From contig CAWIFB010000005.1 in the NCBI GenBank assembly GCA_963835335.1, positions 7,657-71,656 of the forward strand: a stretch of DNA of 64,000 nucleotides. Reading direction: 5' to 3'. Positions 8,830-18,454 of this stretch are shown here, one piece after another (position 1 is the first letter of the stretch; each line of letters opens with the position of its first letter). Source of the stretch: an uncultured Chloroflexia bacterium (GTDB lineage Bacteria; Chloroflexota; Limnocylindria; Limnocylindrales; CSP1-4). The translations under genes were made by a program, and so were the position numbers. Below the pieces are notes generated by a model. It was not told the DNA's origin. It worked only from the letters and a program-made list of their open reading frames with translations, and made no database searches.

Positions 8830-11571
8830 CTACGTTTGGCGTTCCCGCCCCTCGCGTTCCTGCAACCAGGCGCCAAGCTCGGCGCGCGATCGGATGTCGA
8901 GCTTCCGGTAGATGCGGGTCAGGTTCGCCTCGACCGTCTTCGGGCTCACGAATGCCGCGTGCGCGATCTCGCGCGACGTCATGCCCTTCCCGGCCAGCCG
9001 CGCGATCGTCAGCTCGCCGTCCGTCAGCTCGCCGGCCCGCCGCCGGCGCAGCCCGACGCGGGCGAGCTCGGCGTTCGCGTGCGCAGCCCACGCGACCGCT
9101 CCCAGTCGCTCGAACGCGGACGCGGCATCGGTGAGGGCGGCTGCGGCGCGCAGCCTGTCGCGCTGGCGTCGCAGGAGCCGACCGCGCGTGAGGTTCGTCC
9201 AGGCCGCCTCGAACGGCAAGGTCGCGAGATCGACGGCGGGGTCGTCAAGCGCGACCAGGGCGGCATCGCGGGCTCCCTGCGCGGCGAGGACGATCGCGCG
9301 CGTCCTCACCAGCGCCGCCGCGGTCCATGCTCGCGGGAGGACGGCGTGCCGCTGCTCGAGGCGGCGGAGCGCGGCCGTCGCGCTCTCGGCGTCGCCGGTC
9401 GCAAGGGAGATCTCCGCGAGGATCGGTTCGCTGCGATCCGCCAGGAGATCCTCTACGCCGAGCGCCTGCGTGATCGAGTGCATGCGTCGTGCGTGCTCGA
9501 GCGCCTCGAGATGATCGCCTGCGGCGTACGCCACCGCGATCTCGACCGAGTGGACGATCGCCGCCCAGATGGTCCCGTCCGCAACGGTGGCCTGCAGGCG
9601 CGCCAGCGTCTCGCGCGCTCGGTCCAGCCGGCCGAGATGGGCATCGACGAGCGATCGCCATGCGTACACGAGTGGCCAGCCGCCGCCGATCTGGAGTCGG
9701 TCGAGCCGATCGCACGCGTCATCCGCGAGGCGCTGCGCGTCGACGGTGTTGCCGGCCCGCAGCTCGACGAGCGCCAGCTGGGCGTCCCGGTCGGCGCCCC
9801 AGCCGGCCTCGCCGCGCTCGGCGTACCAGGACACCTCGATCGCATGGCGCGCGCGCGCCTCGGCCACTTGGTCGCACATCGTGAACAGGACCAGCGCCGG
9901 CGAGCTCGGGGCGCGTCCGTCTCCGAGCGACGCCTCCTCGAGTCGAACACCCTGCCGAAGCCGGTCCCAGCTGACCCCATGACCCGCCAGCGCCGACGCC
10001 ATCTCGCGATGGATGAGCAGGTAGCCGCGAAGGTGGGCGTCAGTGTCGGGCGCGAGGTCGCGCAAGGCCGCGGTCGCGTCCTCGACGGCCCGCCCCGGCT
10101 CGTCGATGGCACCGAAGGCGACGAGCGCGAGTGTGAGGTCGAGCCGAACCTTCGGGTCCCTGGCGTCGCGCACGGCACCTCGGACGCGTCGCTCCTCTGC
10201 TTGCATGGTGCCGTCCGCCCACGCAAGGTCGGAGAGACCGGCGATGACCCGCGGCCGCTCCTGTGGCGGCGCGGCGGCGATCGCCGCTTCCGCGGATTCG
10301 CGTGCAGCCGTCGGATCCCCGGCGGCGAGCAAGGCGCGGGCATGACGCCACAATCGCCTGGAGCGCTCGCTGTGCTGGTCCGCCGGAGTGAGCTGGACCG
10401 CCCGATCGTAGAGCGTGGCGGCTGCTGCGACGGCGCCGCGGCTGAGCGCCGAGTCCGCACCTGCCTCGATCTCCGCGACATGGGCGGCGGCCTCGGGAAG
10501 GGCGGCAAGGTGCCGGGCGCGCTCATCGGGTGTTCCGGCGATGCGCGCGAGTCGCGCATGAGCGTCGCGGATCGTCGCGGGAGTCGCTCGACCAAGCGCC
10601 ACGGTCGCAACGAGTCCGTCCGCGGGACGCGCGATGCCATCCTCCTCGATGACGGCCCCCGCTCGCTCCGCCTCGTCCAGCGCGTGCGCAGCGTCGCCGG
10701 CGAGCGCTGCCAGGTCGGCGATCGAAAGCCGGCCGGCGACCGCAATCAGCTGCGTCAGCCGGTCGGCATCGGGCGAGAGTCCACCGAGTCGCCGCTCGAC
10801 GAGTGCCGCAACCGGTGTGGGGACGATCCGCCACTCCGCCTCCGGCCGCTCCCGCCAGCTCCGGGCGAGCTCGAGGGCGGCACGAGGGTTGCCTGCGGAC
10901 GCCGCCGCGACGCGGTGGACGAGCTGCCTCGGCACCTCTCCGAAGGACTGCGACAGCAGGTGATGGATCCCGGCGATCGTCAGCGGCAACGTCTCGAAGG
11001 CGATGCGCCGGTCCGGGGGCACGACGCGATCCATGCTGAGCAGCGAGATCGGATCGACCTGGCCTCCGAACACGACGGCCAGGGAGACGCGAGCTGGAAG
11101 CCGATTGATCGCGAAGCGGAGCGCTCGAAGTGTGTCGGCATCGAGCCACTCGATGTCGTCGATCGCGAGCAGCACATGGGAGGCGCGTGCAGCGATCTCG
11201 AGCACGGCGGCCGTCGCCGGACCGACGAGCGAGGGATCGGTCGCTGCGTCCGCGTCGCGGACGAGCAACGCAACCTCCAGTGACCGGCGAAGGGGCGGTG
11301 TCAGCTCGCGCGAAACGTCAACGGGCGCGAGCAGATCGCGCAGCGCGGAGAACGCCTGGGCCGCTTCCTCCGGCTGAGGGCGCGCGCGAAGCACGAGGAC
11401 GTCGCGAACCGACATGGCGGCCTCGAGCAGCCCGCTGCGACCGCTCCCCGGAAGTCCGCCGATCAGGAGCGCGGCGGAGCCCGAACGGCGCAGCGAATGG
11501 AACCGGCTGATGTGCTCGAGCTCACGATCTCGCCCGACGAGGTGCGCATCCGGTGCACCGCGAGTGTTCAC
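8830..11571 (-). CDS. large LuxR-family (LAL/MalT-like) regulator: NTPase, TPR-like repeats and LuxR HTH
   Basis: C-terminal LuxR HTH (LTDGELTIARLAGKGMTSREIAHAAFVSPKTVEANLTRIYRKLDI). The N-terminal P-loop is degenerate (GLPGSGRSGL). Start is uncertain: GTG at 11571 is chosen to avoid the divergent methyltransferase. Confidence 0.8.
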   Translation of the reverse strand: MNTRGAPDAHLVGRDRELEHISRFHSLRRSGSAALLIGGLPGSGRSGLLEAAMSVRDVLVLRARPQPEEAAQAFSALRDLLAPVDVSRELTPPLRRSLEVALLVRDADAATDPSLVGPATAAVLEIAARASHVLLAIDDIEWLDADTLRALRFAINRLPARVSLAVVFGGQVDPISLLSMDRVVPPDRRIAFETLPLTIAGIHHLLSQSFGEVPRQLVHRVAAASAGNPRAALELARSWRERPEAEWRIVPTPVAALVERRLGGLSPDADRLTQLIAVAGRLSIADLAALAGDAAHALDEAERAGAVIEEDGIARPADGLVATVALGRATPATIRDAHARLARIAGTPDERARHLAALPEAAAHVAEIEAGADSALSRGAVAAAATLYDRAVQLTPADQHSERSRRLWRHARALLAAGDPTAARESAEAAIAAAPPQERPRVIAGLSDLAWADGTMQAEERRVRGAVRDARDPKVRLDLTLALVAFGAIDEPGRAVEDATAALRDLAPDTDAHLRGYLLIHREMASALAGHGVSWDRLRQGVRLEEASLGDGRAPSSPALVLFTMCDQVAEARARHAIEVSWYAERGEAGWGADRDAQLALVELRAGNTVDAQRLADDACDRLDRLQIGGGWPLVYAWRSLVDAHLGRLDRARETLARLQATVADGTIWAAIVHSVEIAVAYAAGDHLEALEHARRMHSITQALGVEDLLADRSEPILAEISLATGDAESATAALRRLEQRHAVLPRAWTAAALVRTRAIVLAAQGARDAALVALDDPAVDLATLPFEAAWTNLTRGRLLRRQRDRLRAAAALTDAASAFERLGAVAWAAHANAELARVGLRRRRAGELTDGELTIARLAGKGMTSREIAHAAFVSPKTVEANLTRIYRKLDIRSRAELGAWLQEREGRERQT

Positions 11572-11704
11572 GCGGACAGGTTCGCACGCCCCGGGATGGT
11601 TGACGAGTCTTCCCGCCGCTAGGTCGTCCGCCCGGGATCTGCGGACGCCCGTCGCGCTGTCCTGCAGAATCTCTCGCGGGTTCGGCTCAGCGGAAGGGGA
11701 CGAG

Positions 11705-12544
11705 ATGGGCAACAGCAAGGGTTCGGGTCCGGCGCAATACGCAAGCCCCGGCAGGTTCAACGCACGGGTCGCGCTGCACGCGAGGTTCGCCACCAACCCC
11801 CGGCCGTGGCCGGCGTGGGTGTTCGATCAGCTCGAGGGATTCGAAGGCTGCAGCGTGCTCGAGCTCGGCTGCGGCACCGGGATGCTGTGGCAGGTGAATG
11901 CCCCGCGGGTCCCGGCGAGCTGGAGCCTGGTGTTGACCGACAGCTCGGAGGGCATGCTGGCCGAGAGCCGGCGGCGCCTGGACGGGCTCGCGGCGCATCT
12001 CGATCTGCGCATCATGGATGCGCAGGAGATCGACTTCCCCGATGGCGCCTTCGACATCGTCATCGCCAACCACGTGCTCTACCACCTGCCCCGTCGCGAG
12101 CGGGCAATCGCCGAGGCGCGACGTGTCCTGCGGCCGGGCGGGGCCTTCCACGCGACCACGGCGAGCCTCGACAGCCTGGCCGAGCTCAGGACGCTGCTAT
12201 CCGAGTTCAGGCGCGTCGCGACCTCCGCCCACGATGCCGTAACCGATCCAGCCCCGCTGGAGCGAGACCAACCGGTGGTCGCCGCCTTCTCGCTCGAGAA
12301 TGGCGCCGCGCAGCTGCGCGAGCACTTCGGGAGCGTCGACACCCGGATCTATGCGGACGAGCTGAGGATCACGGATCCGGACGCCATCGTTGCCTATTTC
12401 CAGTCGCTCAACGAGATCCGCGAGGGCGAGCAGGTCCTCGTGGATGCCGAGGTGGGCGCATTCGGTGACTTCGTCGCGGCCAAGATGGCGCGAGATGGCG
12501 AGCTGCGCGCCACGGCGAAGTCGGGCATGTTCGTGTGCCGATAG
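11705..12544 (+). CDS. class I SAM-dependent methyltransferase
   Basis: Motif I (VLELGCGTGMLW) and post-I/II blocks (DIVIANHVLYHL, LRPGG). ATG at 11705 is preceded by GGAAGGGGA. Confidence 0.85.
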   Translation: MGNSKGSGPAQYASPGRFNARVALHARFATNPRPWPAWVFDQLEGFEGCSVLELGCGTGMLWQVNAPRVPASWSLVLTDSSEGMLAESRRRLDGLAAHLDLRIMDAQEIDFPDGAFDIVIANHVLYHLPRRERAIAEARRVLRPGGAFHATTASLDSLAELRTLLSEFRRVATSAHDAVTDPAPLERDQPVVAAFSLENGAAQLREHFGSVDTRIYADELRITDPDAIVAYFQSLNEIREGEQVLVDAEVGAFGDFVAAKMARDGELRATAKSGMFVCR

Positions 12545-12628
12545 CGTGAGCCGCCTCCGCCTCGGGCGCCGCTGCTGCCATCCGATCGCGGTGGACGACC
12601 GGCTTCCGCGCGGTTAGCGTTCGCGGCC

Positions 12629-13426
12629 ATGACAGACGTCGAGTTGGCCGCGCTCGAGCACGAGAACTGGATCGCCTACCTGACCGGCGTCGTGCGTTGT
12701 TCGAGGCAGGCCTCCGTCACGCGCGCCCAGGGTACGGTGACGATCCTGAGCGGTCTCCCGTTCGACTGGTTCAACCAGGTCCTGGTCGAACACGCGCATG
12801 CGACGCCGAATGGCGTGCGCGCGGCGGTTGCGCGGGCGCGGGGACTGGCGGGGGCGCAGGGTGACCCGTTTGTCGTCCGCCTGCGCGACGGCATCGACGA
12901 CCGGTTCATCCCGACCCTGATCGAGGCGGGAATGGAGCCCGAAGGGGCAGCGTCCTCGACGCCCGGCATGGTCGCGTTCCCGGTCGACCACGCGGCCCTC
13001 CCCCGGCATGCGGCTCCCGGCCTCGAGATCCGCCGGGTGACCGACGCGACCGGCATCGACGTCCATCGTCGAGTCGTGACTGCGGGGTTTGGATCAGCTC
13101 CGGCGGTCGCCGATGGGACCGCGTGCCCGGACCTCCTCGGCCGGCCCGGGTGCGTCGTCTACGTGGGCTACGCCGACGGTGTCCCCGTCGCCTCCGGCCT
13201 GGGCTGGCAAAGCGGCCGGACCATCGGCGTGTACAGCATCGCGACGATCGAGTCGGCGCGCCGACGCGGGTTCGGAGCGGCGATGACGGCCCGCGTGGTG
13301 GCGGACGGCGTGGCTGCCGGCTGCGACGTCGCGGCGCTCCAGGCCAGCGAGATGGGACGCCCGATCTACGAGCGCCTGGGGTTTCGAACGGTCGTCAGGT
13401 ACACCGCATACGTCGATCCCGGTTGA
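12629..13426 (+). CDS. GNAT-family N-acetyltransferase
   Basis: Acetyl-CoA binding motif A (RRRGFGAAMTARVV) in the C-terminal half; 265 aa. Confidence 0.75.
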   Translation: MTDVELAALEHENWIAYLTGVVRCSRQASVTRAQGTVTILSGLPFDWFNQVLVEHAHATPNGVRAAVARARGLAGAQGDPFVVRLRDGIDDRFIPTLIEAGMEPEGAASSTPGMVAFPVDHAALPRHAAPGLEIRRVTDATGIDVHRRVVTAGFGSAPAVADGTACPDLLGRPGCVVYVGYADGVPVASGLGWQSGRTIGVYSIATIESARRRGFGAAMTARVVADGVAAGCDVAALQASEMGRPIYERLGFRTVVRYTAYVDPG

Positions 13427-13539
13427 GGATGGCCCCTGGGCTCGACGGGATCGCGACGGGACGTGGCAACCCCGGGCGCCGGCTGTTGCCAGTGACGCCC
13501 GGGGTCAGCACGCGACGGCGAGCCGTCGCGCGTTCCCCG

Positions 13540-14052
13540 TCAGGGGCAGGTCAGGGCCGGATTCCACTGGGCGAACACCCCGGCGGGGTTTGCCTCGTGG
13601 ACCCACACGTGGAGGTCGTAGTGGATCGGCATCTGCGGGTTGTGGCCATCCATCGGACCCTGGAACCCCTGGCCGAACAGGTACGGTCGGTCGCCATCGG
13701 TCGCCTTGTCCTGGTCTGCGTCGGGCTTGAAGTACTCGACGCCGACGAGCTTGAGCGAGCCGTCGGCCGCGGGCAGGTACAGGAGGACCTGGGGGCGGAG
13801 CGGATCGATCACACCGCCGACGCGGGACGGATTGAAGAAGTGGATCCCCATCGCGCCCAGTGGCGACGATTCGCAGGCACTGGCGGCGAAGTAGCCGTCG
13901 GCGATCGCCTGGTCCACCGAGTGGTAGCGCGCGGTGGCGGCACGAACGGCCTGGAGCTCCGGGGACAGCGGGCCGGCGCCTGCGTTGACGGCGGCGGCGC
14001 CGGTGGTGGCGATGACGGCGGCAATGGTGAACAGGAAGATCAGGCGACGCAT
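13540..14052 (-). CDS. secreted hypothetical protein (signal peptide)
   Basis: MRRLIFLFTIAAVIATTGAAAVNA signal-like N-terminus. His-rich motif HYDLHVWVHE. Divergent from the second LAL regulator. Confidence 0.6.
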   Translation of the reverse strand: MRRLIFLFTIAAVIATTGAAAVNAGAGPLSPELQAVRAATARYHSVDQAIADGYFAASACESSPLGAMGIHFFNPSRVGGVIDPLRPQVLLYLPAADGSLKLVGVEYFKPDADQDKATDGDRPYLFGQGFQGPMDGHNPQMPIHYDLHVWVHEANPAGVFAQWNPALTCP

Positions 14053-14166
14053 CTGGGACCTCTCTGGCGGACTTGAGCTGACGCGTCCATCGTTGCCGGA
14101 GAGATGGGCCGGTGGCGTCTGGCGAATGCCCTATTCGGGGCTGCAGGCGACCGGTAACCTCGCCAC

Positions 14167-16932
14167 ATGACCCCGAGCGAAGAGCTGGTCGGCCGGAGCC
14201 GGGAGATCGACGTGCTCACACGGGCTTTCGAACGCGCCCGGGACGGCGTTCCTGGCTTCTGGCTGATCACCGGAGAGGCCGGGATCGGCAAGACCCGGCT
14301 GCTGCGCGAGCTCTCCGGCCGCGCCAACGCCGCCGGGATGCGTGTGCTCGCCGGAACCGCCACCGAGACCGGGCGCCACGTGCCGTTCCTGCCGCTTCTC
14401 GCCCCCCTGAGGCAGGCCCTCTCCGACGGTGCGCGATCGCACCCGGACGAGCCCGACGATCGTGCGGCCGAGACCGTCGCGCTCGCGATCGATGGCCGCG
14501 CGGAGCCCGTCGAGGTCGCCTCGATCGATACTGCCCGACTGTTCGAGGCGATCCACGATCTCGTGGTCAGGGCCCCCACCCTGCTGACCGTGGACGACGT
14601 GCACTGGGCAGACGCGTCGACGATCGCCGTGCTCGACTACCTTGCCCACCGCATCGTGGACGCGCCGATCCTCGTCGTCGCCAGCGCCCGCGATGATCTC
14701 GCTTCGCTCGAACGGCTTGCGATCGCGGACGGCCGCCGGTTTGCCCCGCTGCCGCTTGCGCGCCTGGGGCGCGATGACGTCCGCCGCCTCGCCGACGGGA
14801 TCCGAGATCAACCGCTCGATCGCGAGCGACTCGACCGTCTGCACCGCCGGAGCGCGGGCAACCCGTTGTTCGTCGAGCAGCTCCTCGAAGGATCGCTCGA
14901 ACCGGGTCGGTCAACGGACGACGGCGCCGCGGAGGGTGACGTGCCGCTGGCGCTCCAGCGTCTCCTGCAGCGGCGGCTCCAGGACCTCGCGCCGAGTGCG
15001 CGATCGACGATCGAGGCGCTGGCCGTGCTCGGGGGAGCGGCTCCTGCGGATCGACTTGCGGCTGTCGCCGGGCTGGCGCAGGAGGAGGCGGATGCCGGCC
15101 TCCGGATTGCGACGACGGCCGGAATTGCGATGTTGGCCGACGGAGGTCACGCGTTCCGACATCCGCTCTACGGCGAGGTCGTGCTCGCGGACCTGGCCGG
15201 ACCGGACCTCCGCCGGCTGCACGCCCGGGCCGCCGCTGCGCTCGTCGACATCGGCAGCGCGGCAGCGATCGCGGATCACTGGTGGCGGGCGGATGCACCC
15301 GAGGCCTGGGCAACCGCGTGCGAGGCGGCCGCGGTCGCACTCGGTTCGTTTGCGTTCGTCGAGGCGCGAACGCACCTGGAGCGGGCGATTGCGCGCTGGC
15401 CGGCGAACGCTCCCGGGCTTGTCGACGCATTGCTCGATGCCGCGCACGCAGCGTGGGTGAGCGGCGATCCCGGCGGAGCGGCCCAGCTGGCCGAGCGCGC
15501 CGAAGCCCTGGAACCAGCTCGTCCGGAATGCGCCATTGCCGTGGCCGCGTACCTGTGGGATGAAGGCCGGCGTCCGGAAGCCGTCGCCGCATTCGAACGG
15601 GCGGCGATCCTCACGAACGGCGATCCATCACCAGAGCGACGAGCCCGCGGCGAATTCGCCGCCGGCCGGCGCGCGATCGCGATCGGTCGTGTCCGCGACG
15701 GCGCGGCCCATGCCATGCGAGCCGCGCGGCTCGCGCGAGAGGCTGGAGTGCGAGCGCTCGAGGCCGAGGGGCTCTCGCTTTCGGCGATGTCGCTCGGCTT
15801 CGCCGACAGCCTGGAGGGCATTCCGGGGCTGGAACGCGCGGCGACGCTCGGACTGGACCTTCGTGCGCCCCACATCGTCGGGCACACGCACCAGTTCCTG
15901 GTGGACCTGTTGGGCCTCGCCGGGCGCACGGACGAGGCGACGCGGATCGCCCGGCGAGGCATCGCCGCGAGCGACCGCCTGGGCACGGCACGGACGCACG
16001 GGTCGGACCTGCGCGGGCGGCTGGCGTTGCTGCTCCTCGACAGGGGCCGGTGGACGGAAGCCGAGGAGCTGCTCGACCAGGCAGACCGCCGCGCGTTCCC
16101 GGCGCTCGCGCGAGCCTTCCTGGCGATGCGGCGCGGATCGTTCGAATCGGCCGAATCGTGGCTCGCGGATGCCGCGACTGCCGGCTCCATCGGTGGGCCG
16201 GGCTCCCTCGGCGGATGGCTCGAGGTGGCCCGGGTCGAGCTTGCCTGGCTGCAGGGCGACGCCGCGGAAGCGACGCGACGGCTCGACCTGGTGCCGCCGA
16301 TGCCGGGCGTCTGGGGCCTGGACATCGGGGCATGGAGCGCTCGCTGGCGTGCCCGGTTCGGGCGTCTCGATCCGGCGGCAACCGAGGCGGCAGCCGCGAC
16401 CGCCGGCGGCCACCCGGATCCACATCTCGCGGGGGCGATCACGGCGGAGATCCGCGCCTCCGCGGTCGACGCGGGCTCACCGGAGCACGCGCAGGCCTGG
16501 GCCCGTGCCGTCGCACGGTGGGCCGAGGCAGGCCGGCCCTGGGACGAAGCGCTCGCCAATCTCAGCCTCGCCCAGGCCTGGTTCGCCGCACGCGATGGGC
16601 GACGTGGTCGCGTGGCGCTCGAGCAGGCGCAGGCGACAGCGACGAGTCTTGATGCCAGCCCGCTGCTCGTCCGGATCGAGTCACTCGCCCGGCGCGCCCG
16701 GGTGAAGGTCGGAGCGGCACGTCATCGCGCCGATCCCGATGCCCCGACGAGCCGCGAGCTCGACGTGCTTCGCCTCCTTGCCGAGGGGCGAACCAACCCG
16801 CAGATCGCCGAGGCGTTGTTCCTGAGCAGGAAGACGGTCGGGATCCACGTGTCCAGACTGCTCGACAAGCTCGGCGCCGGCACTCGCGGCGAGGCCGTCG
16901 CGATCGCGCGCCGCCGCGGGCTGCTCGACTGA
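14167..16932 (+). CDS. large LuxR-family (LAL) regulator: AAA NTPase, TPR-like repeats and LuxR HTH
   Basis: Canonical Walker A (GEAGIGKTRLL). C-terminal LuxR HTH (SRELDVLRLLAEGRTNPQIAEALFLSRKTVGIHVSRLLDKLG). Confidence 0.85.
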   Translation: MTPSEELVGRSREIDVLTRAFERARDGVPGFWLITGEAGIGKTRLLRELSGRANAAGMRVLAGTATETGRHVPFLPLLAPLRQALSDGARSHPDEPDDRAAETVALAIDGRAEPVEVASIDTARLFEAIHDLVVRAPTLLTVDDVHWADASTIAVLDYLAHRIVDAPILVVASARDDLASLERLAIADGRRFAPLPLARLGRDDVRRLADGIRDQPLDRERLDRLHRRSAGNPLFVEQLLEGSLEPGRSTDDGAAEGDVPLALQRLLQRRLQDLAPSARSTIEALAVLGGAAPADRLAAVAGLAQEEADAGLRIATTAGIAMLADGGHAFRHPLYGEVVLADLAGPDLRRLHARAAAALVDIGSAAAIADHWWRADAPEAWATACEAAAVALGSFAFVEARTHLERAIARWPANAPGLVDALLDAAHAAWVSGDPGGAAQLAERAEALEPARPECAIAVAAYLWDEGRRPEAVAAFERAAILTNGDPSPERRARGEFAAGRRAIAIGRVRDGAAHAMRAARLAREAGVRALEAEGLSLSAMSLGFADSLEGIPGLERAATLGLDLRAPHIVGHTHQFLVDLLGLAGRTDEATRIARRGIAASDRLGTARTHGSDLRGRLALLLLDRGRWTEAEELLDQADRRAFPALARAFLAMRRGSFESAESWLADAATAGSIGGPGSLGGWLEVARVELAWLQGDAAEATRRLDLVPPMPGVWGLDIGAWSARWRARFGRLDPAATEAAAATAGGHPDPHLAGAITAEIRASAVDAGSPEHAQAWARAVARWAEAGRPWDEALANLSLAQAWFAARDGRRGRVALEQAQATATSLDASPLLVRIESLARRARVKVGAARHRADPDAPTSRELDVLRLLAEGRTNPQIAEALFLSRKTVGIHVSRLLDKLGAGTRGEAVAIARRRGLLD

Positions 16933-16954
16933 CGGCGGCCCGGCAGGGAAAAGG

Positions 16955-17485
16955 TCAGCGCCCAGCGTCGCGGGTATCGGCGAGCCTGATCTCCACCATC
17001 AGGTCGCCGGCCAGGCGCTCCAGGCCCTCGCGGACCGCCGCCAGCTCGGCCGCCTCGGGGACGGTGACGCGGACGTGGGCACGGAACATGCGGTCCCCCG
17101 AGTGGGCAGCCGGCGGGAGGTCGGTGACCAGCTCCTCGACATTGATCCGGTGCGCCGCGAGCACGGCCGAGACCTCGTGGACCAGGCCGGGGCGGTCGAG
17201 GCCGAGCAGCTCGATCTCCATCGCGGGCAGCCGGGGCGCCTCGACGGGCGTGCTCCGCTCGACGACGATCCGCAGGCCGCTGCCCTCGAGACGGCCGAGC
17301 GCATCCTCGAGCGCCGCGACCTGCTCGTCGGCGACCTCCACGCACAGCACGCCGGCGAACATGCCCGCGAGGTGCGCCATCCGGCTCTCCAGCCAGTTGC
17401 CGCCGTGCGCCGCGACGACCTTCGACACGGAGTCGACGATGCCGGGCTGGTCCGGACCGACAAGCGTGAGCACGAGATCGATCAT
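16955..17485 (-). CDS. tandem ACT-domain protein (GcvR-like)
   Basis: Two ACT-like halves (LTLVGPDQPGIVDSVSKVV... and ELLGLDRPGLVHEVSAVL...), as in the glycine cleavage repressor family. Confidence 0.7.
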   Translation of the reverse strand: MIDLVLTLVGPDQPGIVDSVSKVVAAHGGNWLESRMAHLAGMFAGVLCVEVADEQVAALEDALGRLEGSGLRIVVERSTPVEAPRLPAMEIELLGLDRPGLVHEVSAVLAAHRINVEELVTDLPPAAHSGDRMFRAHVRVTVPEAAELAAVREGLERLAGDLMVEIRLADTRDAGR

Positions 17486-17519
17486 GACTGGATCGTTGGC
17501 GCCATCGGCGCCGCGAGCG

Positions 17520-18143
17520 CTATTCGAGCGGCGTCTTGAGGACGACCTTCACGCCGCGGATCGTCCCTTGCACGGAGTTCCGGACACGAGTTGCGGCCGC
17601 ATCGCCGATGTCGCCCGCCGCGTCGATCGCGCCCGTCGCAGCCGCCGTGGCCGCCGCCTCCGCGCTGACGCTGGTTCCCTTGGCAATCTCGATCGCGCCT
17701 TCAACCGCGCCGACTGCGGCGGCGGTGATGTCGGCACCCACGGCGGAGGCTTCGGCGACCGCGCTCCGGCTGGTGCGGCTGATCGCCTCGAGCGTCTCGA
17801 CGCCGGCTTCGGATGAGCCGCGGACACCGCCCACGACCGCGGCCTTGGCCGCGTAGCCGATCGAGCTGGCGGCCACCCCCGCTGCGTTCGCGGCCGCGCT
17901 GATGGACTCCGCGGCGGTCTGCGCCCCCAGCCCGATGACGTCGCCGGCCGCGCGGATCGTTCCCTTGACGGCGCCGATGGCGAGATCTGCCGCCGTGGAA
18001 CCGGCTGAGCCGGCCTCCTTGAAGGTGCGCTGGACGGCGGATGACAGCGTCGCGACCGTGACCTCGGTGATCTCGCCCGTCCCCTTGATCGTCCCGATGA
18101 TGCTGTCACGTACGCGACGGCCGATCTCCTGCTCGTTGGGCAT
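17520..18143 (-). CDS. Ala/Gly-rich low-complexity repeat protein, hypothetical
   Basis: ATG at 18143 preceded by GGGAGG. 207 aa of degenerate A/G/V/S/T repeats, bracketed by similar GTIKGTG and GTIRGVK ends. Confidence 0.5.
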   Translation of the reverse strand: MPNEQEIGRRVRDSIIGTIKGTGEITEVTVATLSSAVQRTFKEAGSAGSTAADLAIGAVKGTIRAAGDVIGLGAQTAAESISAAANAAGVAASSIGYAAKAAVVGGVRGSSEAGVETLEAISRTSRSAVAEASAVGADITAAAVGAVEGAIEIAKGTSVSAEAAATAAATGAIDAAGDIGDAAATRVRNSVQGTIRGVKVVLKTPLE

Positions 18144-18286
18144 GGTGCAACCTCCCTGCGTTTCGACCAGCATAGCGATCGCGTCCACCACCTGGTTCCC
18201 ACGCTCCGGGCCGTACCAAGCGCCGGTGCCAGAGCCGCGGGCGCGGCACCGCAGTGGGTCACCCGTGGGCAGCGGACGAGCGGCCA

Positions 18287-18347
18287 CCGCGCGGTTAGCG
18301 TTCCTGGCCGTTCTGGAACGAGCCCTGATCGCGCTCGAGCACGGAAT
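18287..18347 (+). pseudogene. remnant of the 5-prime end of a GNAT gene, paralogous to 12606-12662
   Basis: A 17-nt exact match (CCGCGCGGTTAGCGTTC) and a 13-nt exact match (GCGCTCGAGCACG) occur at the same 44-nt spacing as upstream and inside the GNAT gene at 12629. The start codon position reads GTT. Similarity stops at about 18347, next to the IS110 element. Confidence 0.4.
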
Positions 18348-18402
18348 CACGCATGCGAGAGCCGTGGAGGACCGGCAGGCCGAGCACCCTGTCAAACAAC
18401 GA

Positions 18403-18436
18403 AACGCGGAAGGGGCGATCCCGACCCTTCCGCGTT
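18403..18436 (-). terminator. 12-bp perfect hairpin downstream of the transposase stop
   Basis: AACGCGGAAGGG-N10-CCCTTCCGCGTT, followed on the minus strand by TCGTTGTTTGAC. Confidence 0.45.
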
Positions 18437-18454
18437 AGATCCCATAGGGTCTTG

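Noticed and set aside
8509-11283. Very long ORFs antisense to, or out of frame with, real genes. Examples: 8509-11283 (924 aa), 20174-22876 (900 aa), 24192-26069 (625 aa), 29713-32424 (903 aa), 33303-35381 (692 aa), 34769-36853 (694 aa), 18353-19843 (496 aa), 41948-43759 (603 aa).
   Set aside because: Their translations are Arg/Pro/Gly/Ala-rich low-complexity sequence with no motifs. Stop codons are rare in ~70% GC DNA. In every case the opposite or alternative frame carries a protein with clear family signatures.
12606-12622. The shared 17-mer CCGCGCGGTTAGCGTTC as a stand-alone dispersed regulatory motif or riboswitch fragment.
   Set aside because: The similarity continues collinearly into the first codons (a second exact 13-mer at identical spacing). 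This favours gene and promoter duplication. The motif hypothesis is kept only as the refutation test for that finding.
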